Shown: positions 11,765-25,500 of the stretch, piece after piece
Position numbering within the stretch: the first letter of the stretch is position 1
Layout: every line of letters starts with the position of its first letter
Assembly (NCBI RefSeq): GCF_006345805.1
Contig: NC_043019.1
Location: 12,647,360-12,711,359, forward strand
Direction: 5' to 3'
Length of the DNA stretch: 64,000 nt
DNA from: Octopus sinensis
Taxonomy: Eukaryota
Translations under genes and position numbers: made by a program
The notes under the pieces: generated by a model
Told to the model about the DNA's origin: nothing
Databases searched by the model: none
Seen by the model: only the letters and a program-made list of their open reading frames with translations

Positions 11765-12340
11765 TCTACTCTAGGCACAAGGCCTGAAATTTTGGGGGAG
11801 GGGCCCAGTTGATAAGATCTACCCCAGTATCCAACTGGTACTTAATTTATCGACCCCGAAAGGACGAAAGGCAAAGTCGACCTCAGAGCATAAAGACAGA
11901 TGAAATACTGTTAAGCATTTTGCCCGGCAGGTTTCTTATTTCTTTATTGCCCACAAGGGGCTAAACATAGAGGGGACAAACAAGGGGATTAAGTCGATTA
12001 CATCGACTCCATGCATAACTGATACTTAATTTATTGACCCCGAAAGGATGAAAGGCAAAGATGACCTCGGCAGAATTTGAACTCAAAACGCAACGGCAGA
12101 CGAAATACCTGTTTCTTTACTACGCACAAGGGGCTAAACACAGAGGGGACAAACAAGGACAGACAAACGGATTAAGTCGATTATATCAACCCCAGTGCGT
12201 AACTGGTACTTATTTAATCGATCCCAAAAGGATGAAAGGCAAAGTCAACCTCGGCAGAATTTGAACTCAGAACATAACGGCAGACGAAATACCGCTAAGC
12301 ATTTCACCCGGTGTGCTAACGTCTGCCAGCTTGCCACCTT
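11765..12340 (-). mobile_element. Tandem of about three SINE family C units
   Basis: GACCCCGAAAGGATGAAAGGCAAAGTCGACCTC-like block recurs at ~11850, ~12035 and ~12220. Confidence 0.75.
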
Positions 12341-12899
12341 AAGAAATCTGTAATATTATCATCATGAAGGTAGCAAGACTACAGAAGCATTAGCACATAA
12401 GACAAAATGCTTAGTGGCATAGCTTATGTGATGAGTTCAAATCCTTTCAGGGGCTGATAAAGTAAAGCACCAGTCAAGTACTGGGTTTAATGTAATTGAC
12501 TAACTCCCACCACCTAAACTTGCTAACTCTCTCTCTTCCTCTTCCTTCTGGTTGGGTAGCCGTGAATCTCCTTTACAGCAGCACACCCGTTTCTGTCCTC
12601 ACCCTTGATCACCCTCTTGCTCTGGCTGGGAAACCCTGAACCTTCTCTACAGCAAGACACCCGTTTCTGCTTCTGTCCTACACTAAACTTTTCATCATAC
12701 GGCACAAGATCACCTCCTCCAATGCCCCCCCCTCCTTTCTCAAAGGTTCTTTGTCTTGTAAGAATGTAACAAGAAGAAGATCTGGTTGATGAAACTGGGT
12801 TCCAGCATGGGCTTGTCTGACCTGTGAAAATTTGGAAAAACAGGTTAAAACCGATTTACAGGGGAATTCAAAATGAATGATACAAAAAGAAACCATACA

Positions 12900-13297
12900 T
12901 GCAGGAGTGGCTGTGTACTAAGTAGCTTGCTAACCAACCACATGGTTCCGGGTTCAGTCCCACTGCGTGGCATCTTGGGCAAGTGTCTTCTGCTATAGCC
13001 CCGGGCCGACCGATGCCTTGTGAGTGGATTTGGTAGACGGAAACTGAAAGAAACCTGTCGTATATATGTATGTATATATATATATATATATATATGCGTG
13101 TGTGTGTTTGTCCCCCTAGCATTGCTTGACAACCGATGCTGGTGTATTTACGTCCCCATCACTTAGCGGTTCGGCAATAGAGACTGATAGAATAAGTACT
13201 GGGCTTACAAAAAGAATAAGTCCCGGGGTCGATTTGCTCGACTAAAGGCGGTGCTCCAGCATGGCCGCAGTCAAATGACTGAAACAAGTAAAAGAGA
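12900..13297 (+). mobile_element. SINE family A copy
   Basis: Match to the family consensus seen in the window. Confidence 0.88.
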
Positions 13298-13344
13298 GCA
13301 TGCGAGTGTTGTAATGCATATATTGCTAAAATACAGATGTAACA

Positions 13345-14234
13345 TGAAAGGTTAACTCTTCAAGTTTTTACTGACAGTCACAGATGTTCAATGCAGGCAC
13401 CCTTCACCACACAGCAGATGTCTACATGATAGGGTAGTTCCTACCACACCTATGCCAGCCTAGCCTGATCAGCTGAATCAACTATCTCGCCTACTTTAAC
13501 TCTGTGTTAAGTTCTGTGGAAGTGAGGGCATGAACACCTGGCGTTTCAGATACCCACAAAAAGAAAAGTTGCAAGGTGTAAAATCAGGAAACCTGGTGTT
13601 TGTTTGTTTGTCTGTTGAACGAAGCGGTCTTTGTCCCAGAGCTCGCAAGATTGCACCTCAGGATTGTCTGTAGTGGGAGAAGTCCGAAACGTGGTCCTTT
13701 GCTATTCGTAAGACCCGCAGAAGAGAAAGCAGGTCAACCCCTGACACCGACATCATCGACGGATGGATGAATGCGCATCCAGGCTCAGCAGTTGCGTAAG
13801 AAGTCAGGGACAAGAAACAGGAAGAAAGAGTGAGAGAAAGTTGGAGTGAAAGAGTACAACAGGGGTTGCCATCATCCCCTGCCGGAGCCTTGTGGAGCTT
13901 TTAGGTGTTTTCGCTCAATAAACACACACAACGCCCAATTTGGGAATCAAAACCGCAATCCTCTGACCGCGAGTCTGCTGCCCTAACCATTGGGCCATTG
14001 CGCCTCCACGCGAACCTGGTGCAGACCATATATGGCAAATCATTCCCCCTCGACAGAACAACAGTGTTCTGGAAGATACTGATTGGGAGTAACCATGTAT
14101 GTGTCTATGCTAATGTGGTAGGTCCTTGCCTTGCTGTATGGTGAAGTCAGGTATGTCTCCTTCTGACCAAATGAACAGCACGTCGAGGTAGAAGCACCTG
14201 TAACAGTGGGCTGTTCATTTTAAGTTACCCTGTA
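13345..14234 (-). mobile_element. Tc1/mariner-superfamily transposase fossil interrupted by a SINE
   Basis: Minus strand PGFPDFTPCNFSFCGYLK (~13545-13598) resembles SPDLTPCDFFLWGYLK; terminal TACAGGGT-type end near 14234. Confidence 0.65.
13597..14007 (-). mobile_element. SINE family B copy nested in a Tc1/mariner fossil
   Basis: Same head as the copy at 100; different tail ending in (CAAA)n. Confidence 0.8.
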
Positions 14235-14366
14235 TTATGCGTGTGTGTCTGACGAGGTCAAGAACTAGGACACTTATCTAAGTTGGATTGTATAATTTGG
14301 TCATTATCTTCAATAGAATGTAATTAGATAATTTATGAATCAACTTCTAGATTTGTTCATATTCAC

Positions 14367-15046
14367 ATTCTTTTATTTGACTGCGGCCATGCTGGAGCAC
14401 CACCTTTAGTCGAGCAAATCAACCCCAGGATTTATTCTTTGTAAGCCTAATACTAATTCTATCGGTCTCTTGTGCCGAATCGCTAAGTTACGGGGACATA
14501 AACAAACCAGCATCGGTTGTCAAGCAATGTTGGGGGGACAAACACAAACGACGGGCTTCTTTCAGTTTCCATCTACCAAATCCACTCACAAGACTTTGGT
14601 CAGCCCGAGGCTATAGTAGAAGACACTTGCCAAGGTGCCACGCAGTGGGACTGAACCCGGAACCATGTGGTTGGTAAGCAAGCTACTTATATAGGCGCAA
14701 GCATGGCTCTGAGGTAAGAAGTTTGCTTCCCAACCACATGGTTCCGGGTTCAGTCCCACTGTGTGGCACCTTGAGCAAGTGTCTTCTCCTCTAGCCTTGG
14801 GCCCACCAATGCCTTGTTAGTAAATTTGGTTGATGGAAACTGAAAGAAGCCCTACGAGTGTTTGTGTTTGTCGCCCCCCTTGACAACTGATGTCAGTGTA
14901 TTTACATGCTCATAACTTAGCAGTTCAGCAAAAGTGACTAATAGAATTAGTACTTGGCTTACAAAGAATAAGTCCTGAGGTCAATTCGTTTGACTAGAGG
15001 CAGTGCTCCAGCATGGCCGCAGTCAAATGACTGAAACAAGTAAAAG
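14367..15046. mobile_element. Two SINE family A copies head-to-head (~14367-14690 minus, ~14693-15046 plus)
   Basis: Divergently oriented family A sequences. Confidence 0.8.
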
Positions 15047-15448
15047 AGGAATTTTGTATCATGGAGACTGTCCTCCATAGCAGAAGTCTTCATGCTGCTC
15101 CCCCTGCTGAAGAGGACTAGCCTGTCAGAGCCCTGTGCTGGCATTGCATAATAGCTCTTGTACAGGCATCATGTAAAAGTGCGTGTTGGTAGCATGAGTA
15201 AAGCACCCAGCACAGACTGTAAAGTGGTTGGTATTAAGGAAGGGCGTCTAGGCATAGAAACCAAGCCATATCAGACTGGAAGCTAGTGCAGCTCTCCAGT
15301 TTGCTGGCTCTGGTCAAACCTTCCAACTCATGCCAGCATGGAAAATGGACATTAAAGGATGCTGATTATGATTATGATGACCCAGAGGCAGTGCCAGGAG
15401 GGTTGACATCAAAAAGGTCAATACAATCCAAATACGGTGAGCAACAAA

Positions 15449-16121
15449 GTTGGGGGCCTTCTAACTGAAGATACAGCCCATCCCAAGGGGCTTCTACCGT
15501 TTCTGTTGATCCTATTTTATTCACAATTTTAGGATCAACAGGGTATCTATTTTGGGGTCAGATTGGAGGATGGTTTTACATATATGATGAATTTAAAAAT
15601 TTTAGTACAATAAAATCGAAAAAAATCGGATGACAGGACAGACCAGAAGACATTACAGATGGAGTGGTGGTGGTGGGGGGGATGGGGGTGTTTAGCTCGG
15701 ACCCCATGAGCCCCACCTCGCCACTGATACCTTGGTTTCATCCTGTCCCACATTTTATGTGGTACCATTCATACGCAACATCTGTGCTACATACTTCCAT
15801 CGTTGGGGCCTTCTAACTGAAGATACAGCCCATCCCAAGGGGCTTCTACTGTTTCTGTTGACCAAAGAGGGGACAACACAATCTGATTTTGGGGTCAGAT
15901 TGGCGGATGATTTTACATATATGATGAATTAAAAAATTTTAGTACGATAAAATCGAAAAATTGGATGATAGGACAGACCGGAGGACATTACGGATAGAGT
16001 TGGGGGGGTGTTTAGCTTGGACCCCACGAGCCCCACCTCGCCACTGATACCTTGGTTTCATCCTGTCCCACATTTATGTGGTACCATTCATACGCAACAT
16101 CTGTGCTACATACTTCCATCG
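15449..16121 (+). repeat. Tandem direct duplication, ~350-bp unit
   Basis: GTTGGGGCCTTCTAACTGAAGATACAGCCCATCCCAAGGGG...TACTTCCATCGTT at ~15449-15803 and ~15802-16121. Confidence 0.9.
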
Positions 16122-16898
16122 TTTTTCGAACACTTTCTCAGTGTGGCATTTTCTCTCCAGCCCTATTTTCCTTTTCAGGTGGAAGATGAAGTAATTTCAA
16201 CAGAGTAGTTTTGAAAGTGATGTTAGTGTTAGGTGGTGGCTGTAGTAATGCTAGTGGTGGCCAGTAATTGCAGTGTTGGTGGCAATAGTAGTAGTAATTG
16301 GAGTGGTGATAGTCCCAGGACGTTGTAGTGTAGGTAGTAGTGGGCAACAGTTGCAGTGGTGGTGGTGTTAGAGTCTTGTGGAGGTGATGGTGGTAGCAGA
16401 GTCTTGTGGCGGTGGTGGCAAAGTCTTGTGGAGGTGGTGGCAGAGTCTTGTGGTGGTGGAGGTGGTGGTGGTGGCAGAGTCTTGTGGTGGTGGAGGTGGT
16501 GGTGGTGGCAATCTTAGGGAAGCAGTGTAACTAAACGAGTCTTGTGACTGTGAAACAAACTTCTGCACCACAATCATGTGATGCTATACCACACACAGAC
16601 ACACACAATACTATTTTATATTCATATGTCTGTTTTGCTTTGCCTGTGGCTATATCATACACTATTTGGTTCAGTGTGTTTAGTTGACAGCTTGCTCTAT
16701 TCATGGATGTATAATTAGCAGTTGAAATAGGGGTGGGTGTCGGGTGATTAGACCTAGCTGTAAATGAACAGAAGACAAAGGAAAACCTGAAAATATAATT
16801 TAAAATTTATCCAAATATTGAAAAAAAAAAGAAATACCTATGACAAAACAGTTAATCTACAACATTAAAAGAATTACTAAATGAAAATAGAAATTCCG

Positions 16899-17212
16899 TT
16901 TATCCATAACATAAAGGATAAATCTGAATGTACAAAAAAAAAAAAAAAACACAAGCAATAAAATAAACCCATTTATCCTTGAGATAAGGGACAATGCTAA
17001 AGTCTTAAAAATTAAAAAAAAATAGTATCCCTTTATCCATGACACAAGGGATATAATTCAGACCTTACAAAAAAACAACAAAAACGAAAAACAATAAAAT
17101 ACACCTCATTTATCCATGATGTAAGGGATAGACCTAAAATTTTTAAATTAAAAAAAAAACTATCAAAATAAAATAAAATAAAAGCTCTTTATCCATGGCA
17201 TAAGGGATAAAA
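16899..17212. repeat. Five spaced TTTATCC-N10-GGA(T/C)A hairpin repeats
   Basis: Starts at 16899, 16972, 17032, 17109 and 17188. Confidence 0.8.
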
Positions 17213-17525
17213 ACCTAAAAAAACGTTTCTTCTTCCATAGATATTTTTTTTTATTTATTTATACATTTTTTGACCAGAATTTTTTTTTTCTTTTTTCTTC
17301 AGTTTTGGATGTAATCCAAGTCTTGTCAATTATTATTAATTAATTAATTATTTATTATTATTAATGTTTCTTTTTGCTTTGTTATTATTTTTTTGCTATT
17401 GTTTTTACACTGGTGGTTTTGTTGTCAAGTACAGTTTGTTGTTTTTAGAAATATGTCTGTATGTGAATCCCCATGTATGTCAGTGTGTGTGTCTCCCAGT
17501 TTTTCGATATGTCCAGTTAGTTGTG

Positions 17526-17563
<38 letters not shown>

Positions 17564-17567
17564 AATG

Positions 17568-17605
<38 letters not shown>

Positions 17606-17693
17606 GTATATATATATATATATATATAAATAAATGTATATATATATATATATATATAAATAAATGTATATATATATATATATATATAAATAA

Positions 17694-17735
<42 letters not shown>

Positions 17736-17790
17736 GTATATAATATATATATAAATAAATGTATATATATATATATTATATATATAATAA

Positions 17791-17839
<49 letters not shown>

Positions 17840-18090
17840 ATATGTGTATTCATATAAACATTTTTAGGCTGAGAGTGTGGATATAGATAGGTTTCTGTCC
17901 GTCTGTGTGTGTGTGTAAGTGGCACAAGCTGTGGAATGAGTAAGTGGCTGGCAGGGTGGGTGAGAAAAAAAAGAAAAACAGAGGGGTGGAAGGGTTGATG
18001 TGGATGGTGGTGGTAGAGACAGGGTGGAGAAGAAGATAGATTATAAGTTGCAGGATGAGGAGAAGGGGGTGAGAGTAAAACTGCAGGCAA

Positions 18091-18445
18091 GAGAGAATGA
18101 AAGAGATATGGATAGATAGAGAGAATGAAAGAGATATGGATAGATAGAGAGAATGAAAGAGATATGGATAGATAGAGAGAATGAAAGATATTAATAGATA
18201 GAATGAAAGAGATATCTATAGATATAGAGAATGAAAGAGGTATGTATAGAGAGAATGAAAGAGGTATGTATAGAGAGAATGAAAGAGATAGTGATAGAGA
18301 GAATGAAAGAGATAGTGATAGAGAGAATGAAAGAGATAGTGATAGAGAGAATGAAAGAGATATCGAAAGAGAATGAAAGCGATATCGATAGAGAATGAAA
18401 GAGATATCAAAGGGATCAATAAATAGAGAGAATGAGAGAGATATA
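18091..18445 (+). repeat. Minisatellite GAGAATGAAAGAGATA..., 22-28-bp units
   Basis: About 14 copies. Confidence 0.9.
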
Positions 18446-19349
18446 GAGCTTTTAATGTGTAAGCAAAGAGATGCAAACAGCAGCAATAATAGTAGTTGTT
18501 GTGGTTGTTGTTATTAAGTGTTTAGCCCCACGTGAGCCCTAATCTAGTAAACCTATGATGGGAGGTATTCCAGCCATGGCCAGCCAGTCAGACAGCCTAA
18601 CTTTTAGTTTTGTTTCATATACTGAATAACATGTAGATAGCTCTCTCTCTGCACTGTTTTATGATTCTGAAGATTTGGCTGTTATTTCTAGCAGGTTAAG
18701 ACACCATGTAGAGTCTCCCTTAGTAAGAAGAGGTATTTTGTTGTTGAGTTGCCAGTAGTAGTAGTAGTAGTAGTAATAGTAGTAGTAAGTAGTGGTGTTG
18801 ATGACGAAGTACGAAACTCGTATCACTGTCTACAAATGAGACAGTCTTGCGCTGTGGCCACCACCAAGAGAAGAAAGCCACTATATGATTGCACAAATTG
18901 CTAGAAATAACAGCCAACACCCTCTGACGCTACTTCCCGATTGTGTTAAAAATAAATATAAAATAAAGGGCACATTTGACATTGTAGTCTTAGATACACA
19001 ATGACCAAAACAAAAACCATGGTGATGGTCATAGGCGAGAATGTATTTGATTAGCTCAGCTCAACTCAAAACAGGCTGCTAAACCTAGGGCTAAACACCA
19101 AGAACAACACCCTTCACCACCACTGCCACCCCTTCTTCCTCATCCACTTCAATACTTTTTTGTTTCTCAGAATGGGTTCTTTTTCTTTTTGGTTTGTTGT
19201 CTGTTTTTTTTTTTAGTAATTTTGTTTTTCCCCTTTTTTAAAATTGTTTTTTTTTTTTTTTTTTAATAACTGATTTGTCTTAGTCCTTGGTTTTCCTTCC
19301 TTCCTTCCTTCCTTTCTTTCTGTCTGTCATTCTCTCTCTCTCGCTCTCT

Positions 19350-19529
19350 CTAAGCTTGGTTGTCGTGGACGAAGAGACGCACAGACTTGTCCAGGCCAAC
19401 CTCGGAAAATGTCGGAGGATCGGGTCCATCCTTTGTCGGAATGCAGCATATCTCACCCTTTGGGAAATTCATCAATACCTTGAAGTCATCTGGACAGCTT
19501 TCGTGACACAGGATGAAGTAATATAAATA
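19350..19529 (-). CDS. FAF2: FAF2 exon 14 (YLYYFILCHESCPDDFKVLMNFPK...LFVHDNQA*), C-half of UBX domain
   Basis: TTTCAG acceptor; TAG stop at 19352-19350; FPK corresponds to the UBX FPR loop. Confidence 0.94.
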   Translation of the reverse strand, partial: YLYYFILCHESCPDDFKVLMNFPKGEICCIPTKDGPDPPTFSEVGLDKSVRLFVHDNQA

Positions 19530-22500
19530 CTGAAACAAGCAAATAAATAATCATGGTTTCAAATCTTGATACAAGATCAACAATTTTAGGGAAGGTAGCG
19601 GGGGAAGGGGGGCACCACAAGTTGATGACATTAACCCCTAGAGTTCAATCCATATTTATTTTTATCAACCCCAAGATGATGCAAGGCAAAGTCGACCCTG
19701 GCAGCACTTGAATTCATCATCGTTTAATGTCCGTTTTCCATGCTAGCATGGGTTGGATGGTTCGACCGGGGATCTGGGAAGCCAGGAGGCTGCACCAGGC
19801 TCCAGTTTGATCTGGCAGTGTTTCTACAGCTGGATGCCCTTCCTAACGCCAACCACTCCGTGAGTGTAGTGGGTGCTTTTTACGTGACACCAGCACAGGT
19901 GCCAGGGGAGGCTGGCAACGGCCACGATCGGTTGTTGCTTTTTATGTGCCTCCGACATGGAAGCCAGTCAAGGCATCGGCCACGTATGGGTGGTGCTTTT
20001 TACGTGCCACCGGCACAGGTATCACAACTACAATTTCCATTTGATTTTTTGATATTGATGTTGAATTCAGAATGCAAAACAAGAAATGCCGTGAAGCATG
20101 TCTGAAATTTTAGGGGAGAGGGCTACTTGATTAGATTGACCCCCCACCCCCAAGTCCTCAACTGGTACTTATTTTACCAACCCCTAAAGAATAAAAAGCA
20201 AAAATCGACCTTGGTGGAATTTGAACTCAAGATTTAAAGATGGAAGAAATGTTGCCGACCAATTTTTTCTGGTTTACAAATGATTCTGCCAGCTCACTGC
20301 CTTAATAATAATCATCCTTTCTACTGGAAGCATAAGGCCTCAAATTTGTGGGGTGGGGACTAGTCGATTGTATCGACCCCAGTGTTTTATTGGTTCTTAT
20401 TTTACTGACCCTGAAAGGAAGAAAGGCCAAGTTGACTTCAGTGAGATTTGAACTCAGAACATAAAGAGCCAGAGCAAATACCACAAGGAATTTTGTCTAA
20501 TATTCTAGTAACTGTCAGTTTGCCACCTTAATAATAATAATTATAGGACTACAGAAGTGAAGGCGCATGGCTAAGTGGTTAGACAGTTGGGCTCACAATC
20601 ACGAGGTAGTGAGTTCAATTCCTAAACCAGATTGCATGTTGTGTTCTTGAGCAAGACACTTTATTTCACATTGCTCTAATTCACTCAACTGTAGAAATGA
20701 GTGGCAACGTCACAGGTGCCAAGCTGTCTTGGCCTTTGTCTTTCCCTTGGATAACATCGGTAATGTGGAGAGGGAAAGCTGGTATATATGGGTGACTGCT
20801 GGTCTTCCATAAACAACCTTGCTTGGACTTTTGCCTCAGAGGGTAACTTTCTAGGTGCAATCCCATGGTCATTCATAAAGGGGGTCTCCCTCCCAGAATC
20901 ACACACAATACCAAAAGGTCTCGTCACCAATGTACCTGAAGATGCTTTATGCCTAGTTTGACCAAAAAAAATTATTTTTTGAATAAAGAAAATATATATA
21001 TATATAAAAAAAAAAACTATCCCCCCCTATTCCTACATACCCTGCACAATACAAAAACAGAGATTGCGATAAAATCGAAAGATTAAATTGAATTAAGAGA
21101 GATATTTATAAAGATGGTTAAGGTAGTTAGTGATCAACGAAGGTGATAAATATAAGCTTACTTTTAAAGATGTATGTTTGTTAAACCGTCTCTCCAGGTG
21201 AGCACCACTTGGCACTGTTAGTATTATCCTCACAGTATCTTCAGCATTGGCTGGTGGTTCGGGTGGAATTAAAACTCTGGCTTCATCCTTCTCCTTTTCA
21301 AGTTCCTGTCAAAGTTAAAATAGATATTTCATTGACTTTGAAAGGATGACAGGTAAAAACTAACCTTGGCGAATGTAAAAAGGGGTGAAACGCTGCTAAG
21401 CATTTTGCCTGGCATGTTAACAATTCTACCAGTTTGGTGCCTTTAATAATAATAATAATAATAATAATAATTAATTCTTTTATTGGCCACAAGGGCTGAC
21501 AAAAATCAATTATCACATAAAGGCACAAAACAGGACGAAAGGTTACAAAGGGTTTTGTCCGTTTGTGAAAATCCGAGTAAAAACAGTTTAACAATGAAAA
21601 TCTCCCTAAAAGGGGGAGGCGTTACGAAAGGTTCCTGGTGGAAAAAACCCATAGAAGCCAACGGGAGCCTGGTCAAAAAAAGGGGGTTAGAGAGCCCCTT
21701 TCTCCTTTTATATTACCTTTTTAAATCACAGGTGTAACCTCAGAATGACCCCTTTCACACTGACCATTCTTGCGACATTTATCCACCTTTCATTAAACTT
21801 GCTATCGGACAGCACTTCCCTCTCTACTCTCACCTTCCTTTTCAAGTGAAACTTGAAAAAGTTGATGAGGCCTGGGCCAAAGAGGAAAGTGTCTGACCTT
21901 AGCCCTTTCGAACGGGTCCACCATACTAATAATGATAATAATAATAATAAGAAACCCTTGCCAGATGTGTGAGAATAGGGGAAAGGCAGATGACTTACCA
22001 TCAACAGGCGGTTAGATGCAGCAGCCTGCTCACGTTTCTCCAGCTCCTGTTCTTCAATAATTCTTTGTGCTTCCTGCTTTTTTCTATCCTGTACACGACC
22101 AAAAAATACCAATGAAAAAGAAATATATATATATATATAAAAGTCAAAATTAAAACTCACAAGTTGTATACATATAAAGCACATTCGCTGGCTACCTGGC
22201 ATCAGCCATGGTAAATGCACAATCATCGCTGGATCTACAACATTAGGGATTCCACAATGGATGTTGAGTATAGCAGAAACGATAGAGACAAAAGATGGAA
22301 TGTACTGGAAACTGAATGGATTTCGGTTATGACCACTATCAACATGCTACAGTTTATCTCAAGAAAAGTGGATGTTAAAACAATGCTCACCTGGCCTCTG
22401 TGCCGGTGGCACGTAAAAAGCACCATCCGATCGTGGCCGTTGCCAGTGGCACATAAAAAGCACCATCCGATCGTGGCCGTTGCCAGTGGCACGTAAAAAG

Positions 22501-25500
22501 CACCATCCGATCGTGGCCGTTGCCAGTGGCACATAAAAAGCACCATCCGATCGTGGCCGTTGCCAGTGGCACATAAAAAGCACCATCCGATCGTGGCTGT
22601 TTGCCAGCCTCGCCTGGCCCCCGTGCCAGTGGAACGTAAAAAGCACCATCCGATCGTGGCCGTTTGCCAGCCTCGCCTGGCCCCCATGCCAGTGGCACGT
22701 AAAAAGCACCATCCGATCGTGGCCGTTTGCCAGCCTCCCCTGGCACCTGTGCCAGTGGCACGTAAAAAGCACCATCCGATCGTGGCCGTTTGCCAGCCTC
22801 CCCTGGCACCTGTGCCGGTAGCACGTCAAAAGCACCCACTACATTCATGGAGTGGTTGGCGTTAGGAAGGGCATCCAGCTGTAGAAACATTGCCAGATCA
22901 GACTGGGTCTGGTTCAGCCTCCTGGCTTCCCAGACCCCAGTTGCACCGTCCAACCCATGCCAGCATGGAAAGCGGACGCTAAACGATGACGATGATGAAT
23001 AAAAGTCTTACCTTTTCCTGATCAGCTTTTAGAGAAGCATAGTAAGCTTGGTCCTGCTGCTCTCTTAACTCCTTGTCAGCGTTACGTCGCTCTCTGGGAA
23101 GGGAAACGGGGTAAATAGAAAAGAGGATTGAATAAACGAAGAAGGGAAATGTAGCATTCTGACTGGCCATATTTGGCCAAAAATATTTTTTACCTGTTTT
23201 ATGTTCAAATCAGATTCAGCCTTTCACACCTACCCTACAGGTATGACAAAATATGCTTGATAAAAAAATGCAAGAAAAAAATAGGAGAGGAAAAGGTGAC
23301 CGATTATTGGTGCTTACCGTTCTCGCCGTATTGACGTGACAGCTTGTTCATTGACTTCAATGGCTCTTTGGAGTCTACGGATTAATTCTTGTGAGTCTGT
23401 AATACCAAAGTTAAAGAGATCAAGCTGGGAAAAGGAAGATACCAACAAGAAGTACAATGAACAAACCTTAAAAAAGTAAATGGTTTGGCCCTAAAGGTTC
23501 AACAGGTTGTGTGTGTGTGTAATAACTTTTCATCATCTGACAAGATCACCTCTTCCAATACCTGCTCCTCTCTCAAAGGATTCTTGTCTAGCAAGTTACT
23601 TCATGGCCTTGCCAGTGTTGGTGCCCCTGTAAAAAGCATTCAGTCCACACTGTGGAGTGGTTGGCATTCGGAAGGGCAACCAGCTGTAAGAGACCATGCC
23701 AAAACTGACCTTGCCTGTGCTGCTGGTGCCACATAAAATGCACTCAGTCCACTCTGTGGAGTGGTCGATATTAGGAACGGCATCCAGCCATAAAAACCAT
23801 GCCAAAACAGACACAGAAGCCTGGCAGGCTCCTGTCAAACTGTCCAACCCATGCCAGCATGGAAGGTGGTCATTAAACAATGATATATCATCATCACATC
23901 ATTTAACATCCATATTCCATGCTGGTATGGACTGGATGGTTTGACAGGAGCTGTTAAGTCCAAGGACAGCACTGAGCTGCAATGTCTCCTTTGGAAGGGT
24001 CCCCATGGGTGGGTGCTTTTCCTAACACCAAACACTTTACACCATGGGCTGGGTGCTTTTTTCATGGCACTTGCACTATCGAGGTCGCCATGCAGTTTGC
24101 AGGATGAACCCAGGGATAGGAGGGGATCAACTCCATGCTGGAAGACAATGGGATTACTATGAAGTTGGAGTGGGGGAGCATCTCATCTAATATGGAAAAA
24201 AAATTTTAATGAATAAATAAAAAAATAACATGCAACAACGTATGTAAACAAACTATTTGTTTTGGGAAGTGTGGAATGTGTATTGTATCATACACATGTT
24301 GTTGCATTTAGGAAAAAAAAGCTATATTTAGTATCTAATTTGACAGATTTTTGTCAGCAGGCAGTTTAGCTTAAAGACGGCAAGCTGGCAGAAACGTTCG
24401 CACGCTGGGCGAAATGCGTAGCCATATTTCGTCTGCCATTATGTTCTGAGTTCAAATTCCGCTGAGGTCGACTTGGCCTTTCATCCTTTCGGGGTCAATT
24501 AAATAAGTACCAGTTACACACTGGGGTCGATGTAATCGACTTAATCCGTTTGTCTGTCCTAGTTTGTCCCCTTTGTGTTTAGCCCCTTGTGGGTAGTAAA
24601 GAAATAGGTAGAGTACTCTGCTGGTATCTGACGGGTGCAGGTTCAAGTCCCATGGCTGTCTGCTAGCAAATTTCCCTGTCTTATAGGGATAAAATACTCC
24701 ATCTTTCTGCTGTTTTCACAGCCATACTGCATTCGAAATATTACTTTATCTGTATGATAAAAAATAATGTCTCTAGTATAGGCACAAGGATTGAAACATT
24801 AGCGGAAGATATTAGTCAATACTATTGAGACATTAGCTGTATGTTACAAGTGAGAGAATCACTATGTGGTCAGCAGCTGTGGAGGAGGAGGAGGGAGCTG
24901 AACAACAACAAGAAGAGGAAGCTGATTCAAAGAGGTGCACTTACCTACCAATCCTTCAATCCGAGCCACAACAGTCATACTGTTGTTCTCACGTAAGACA
25001 ATAAGGGACAGGAAAGGATACTTAATAACACGGATGGTCCGAGAGACTGAAATGAGGAAAATAGAGAAGAAATACTTGATAAGTGTCTGTACAACAGAAA
25101 AGAGTAACTAGCAAGAGAGTGCAGTCGTCAGACACAACATCGGGACATCACAATCAGATACGGAATGAAAAGTTATCAAATGACTGGTGAGATAACAGTG
25201 TTTTATCTCTTATCTTTTACTTGTTTCAGTAGAATGTGGCCATGCTGGGGCACCACCTTGAAGAACATTTTAGTGAAATGGATCAACCTCAGTACTTCTT
25301 TTTGTTTTAAAGCCTGGCACTTATTCCATTGGTCTCTTTTGCTGAACTGCTAAGTTATGGGGACGCGAACACAGCAACAATGGTTGTCAAGCACAGGTGG
25401 GAAACAAACACAAACATACATGTGTATGTGTGGAAGCTCATCATATGTATGTGTGCATGTGTGTATATGGGTCTGCACATGTGTATGTATTTATATTTGC

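Noticed and set aside
16899-17212. CRISPR array (palindromic repeats with spacers)
   Set aside because: Repeats are degenerate, spacers are low-complexity poly-A, and there is no cas context; kept only as a hairpin array.
22399-22840. CRISPR array
   Set aside because: No unique spacers, no cas genes, eukaryotic intron; it is a retroposon subrepeat.
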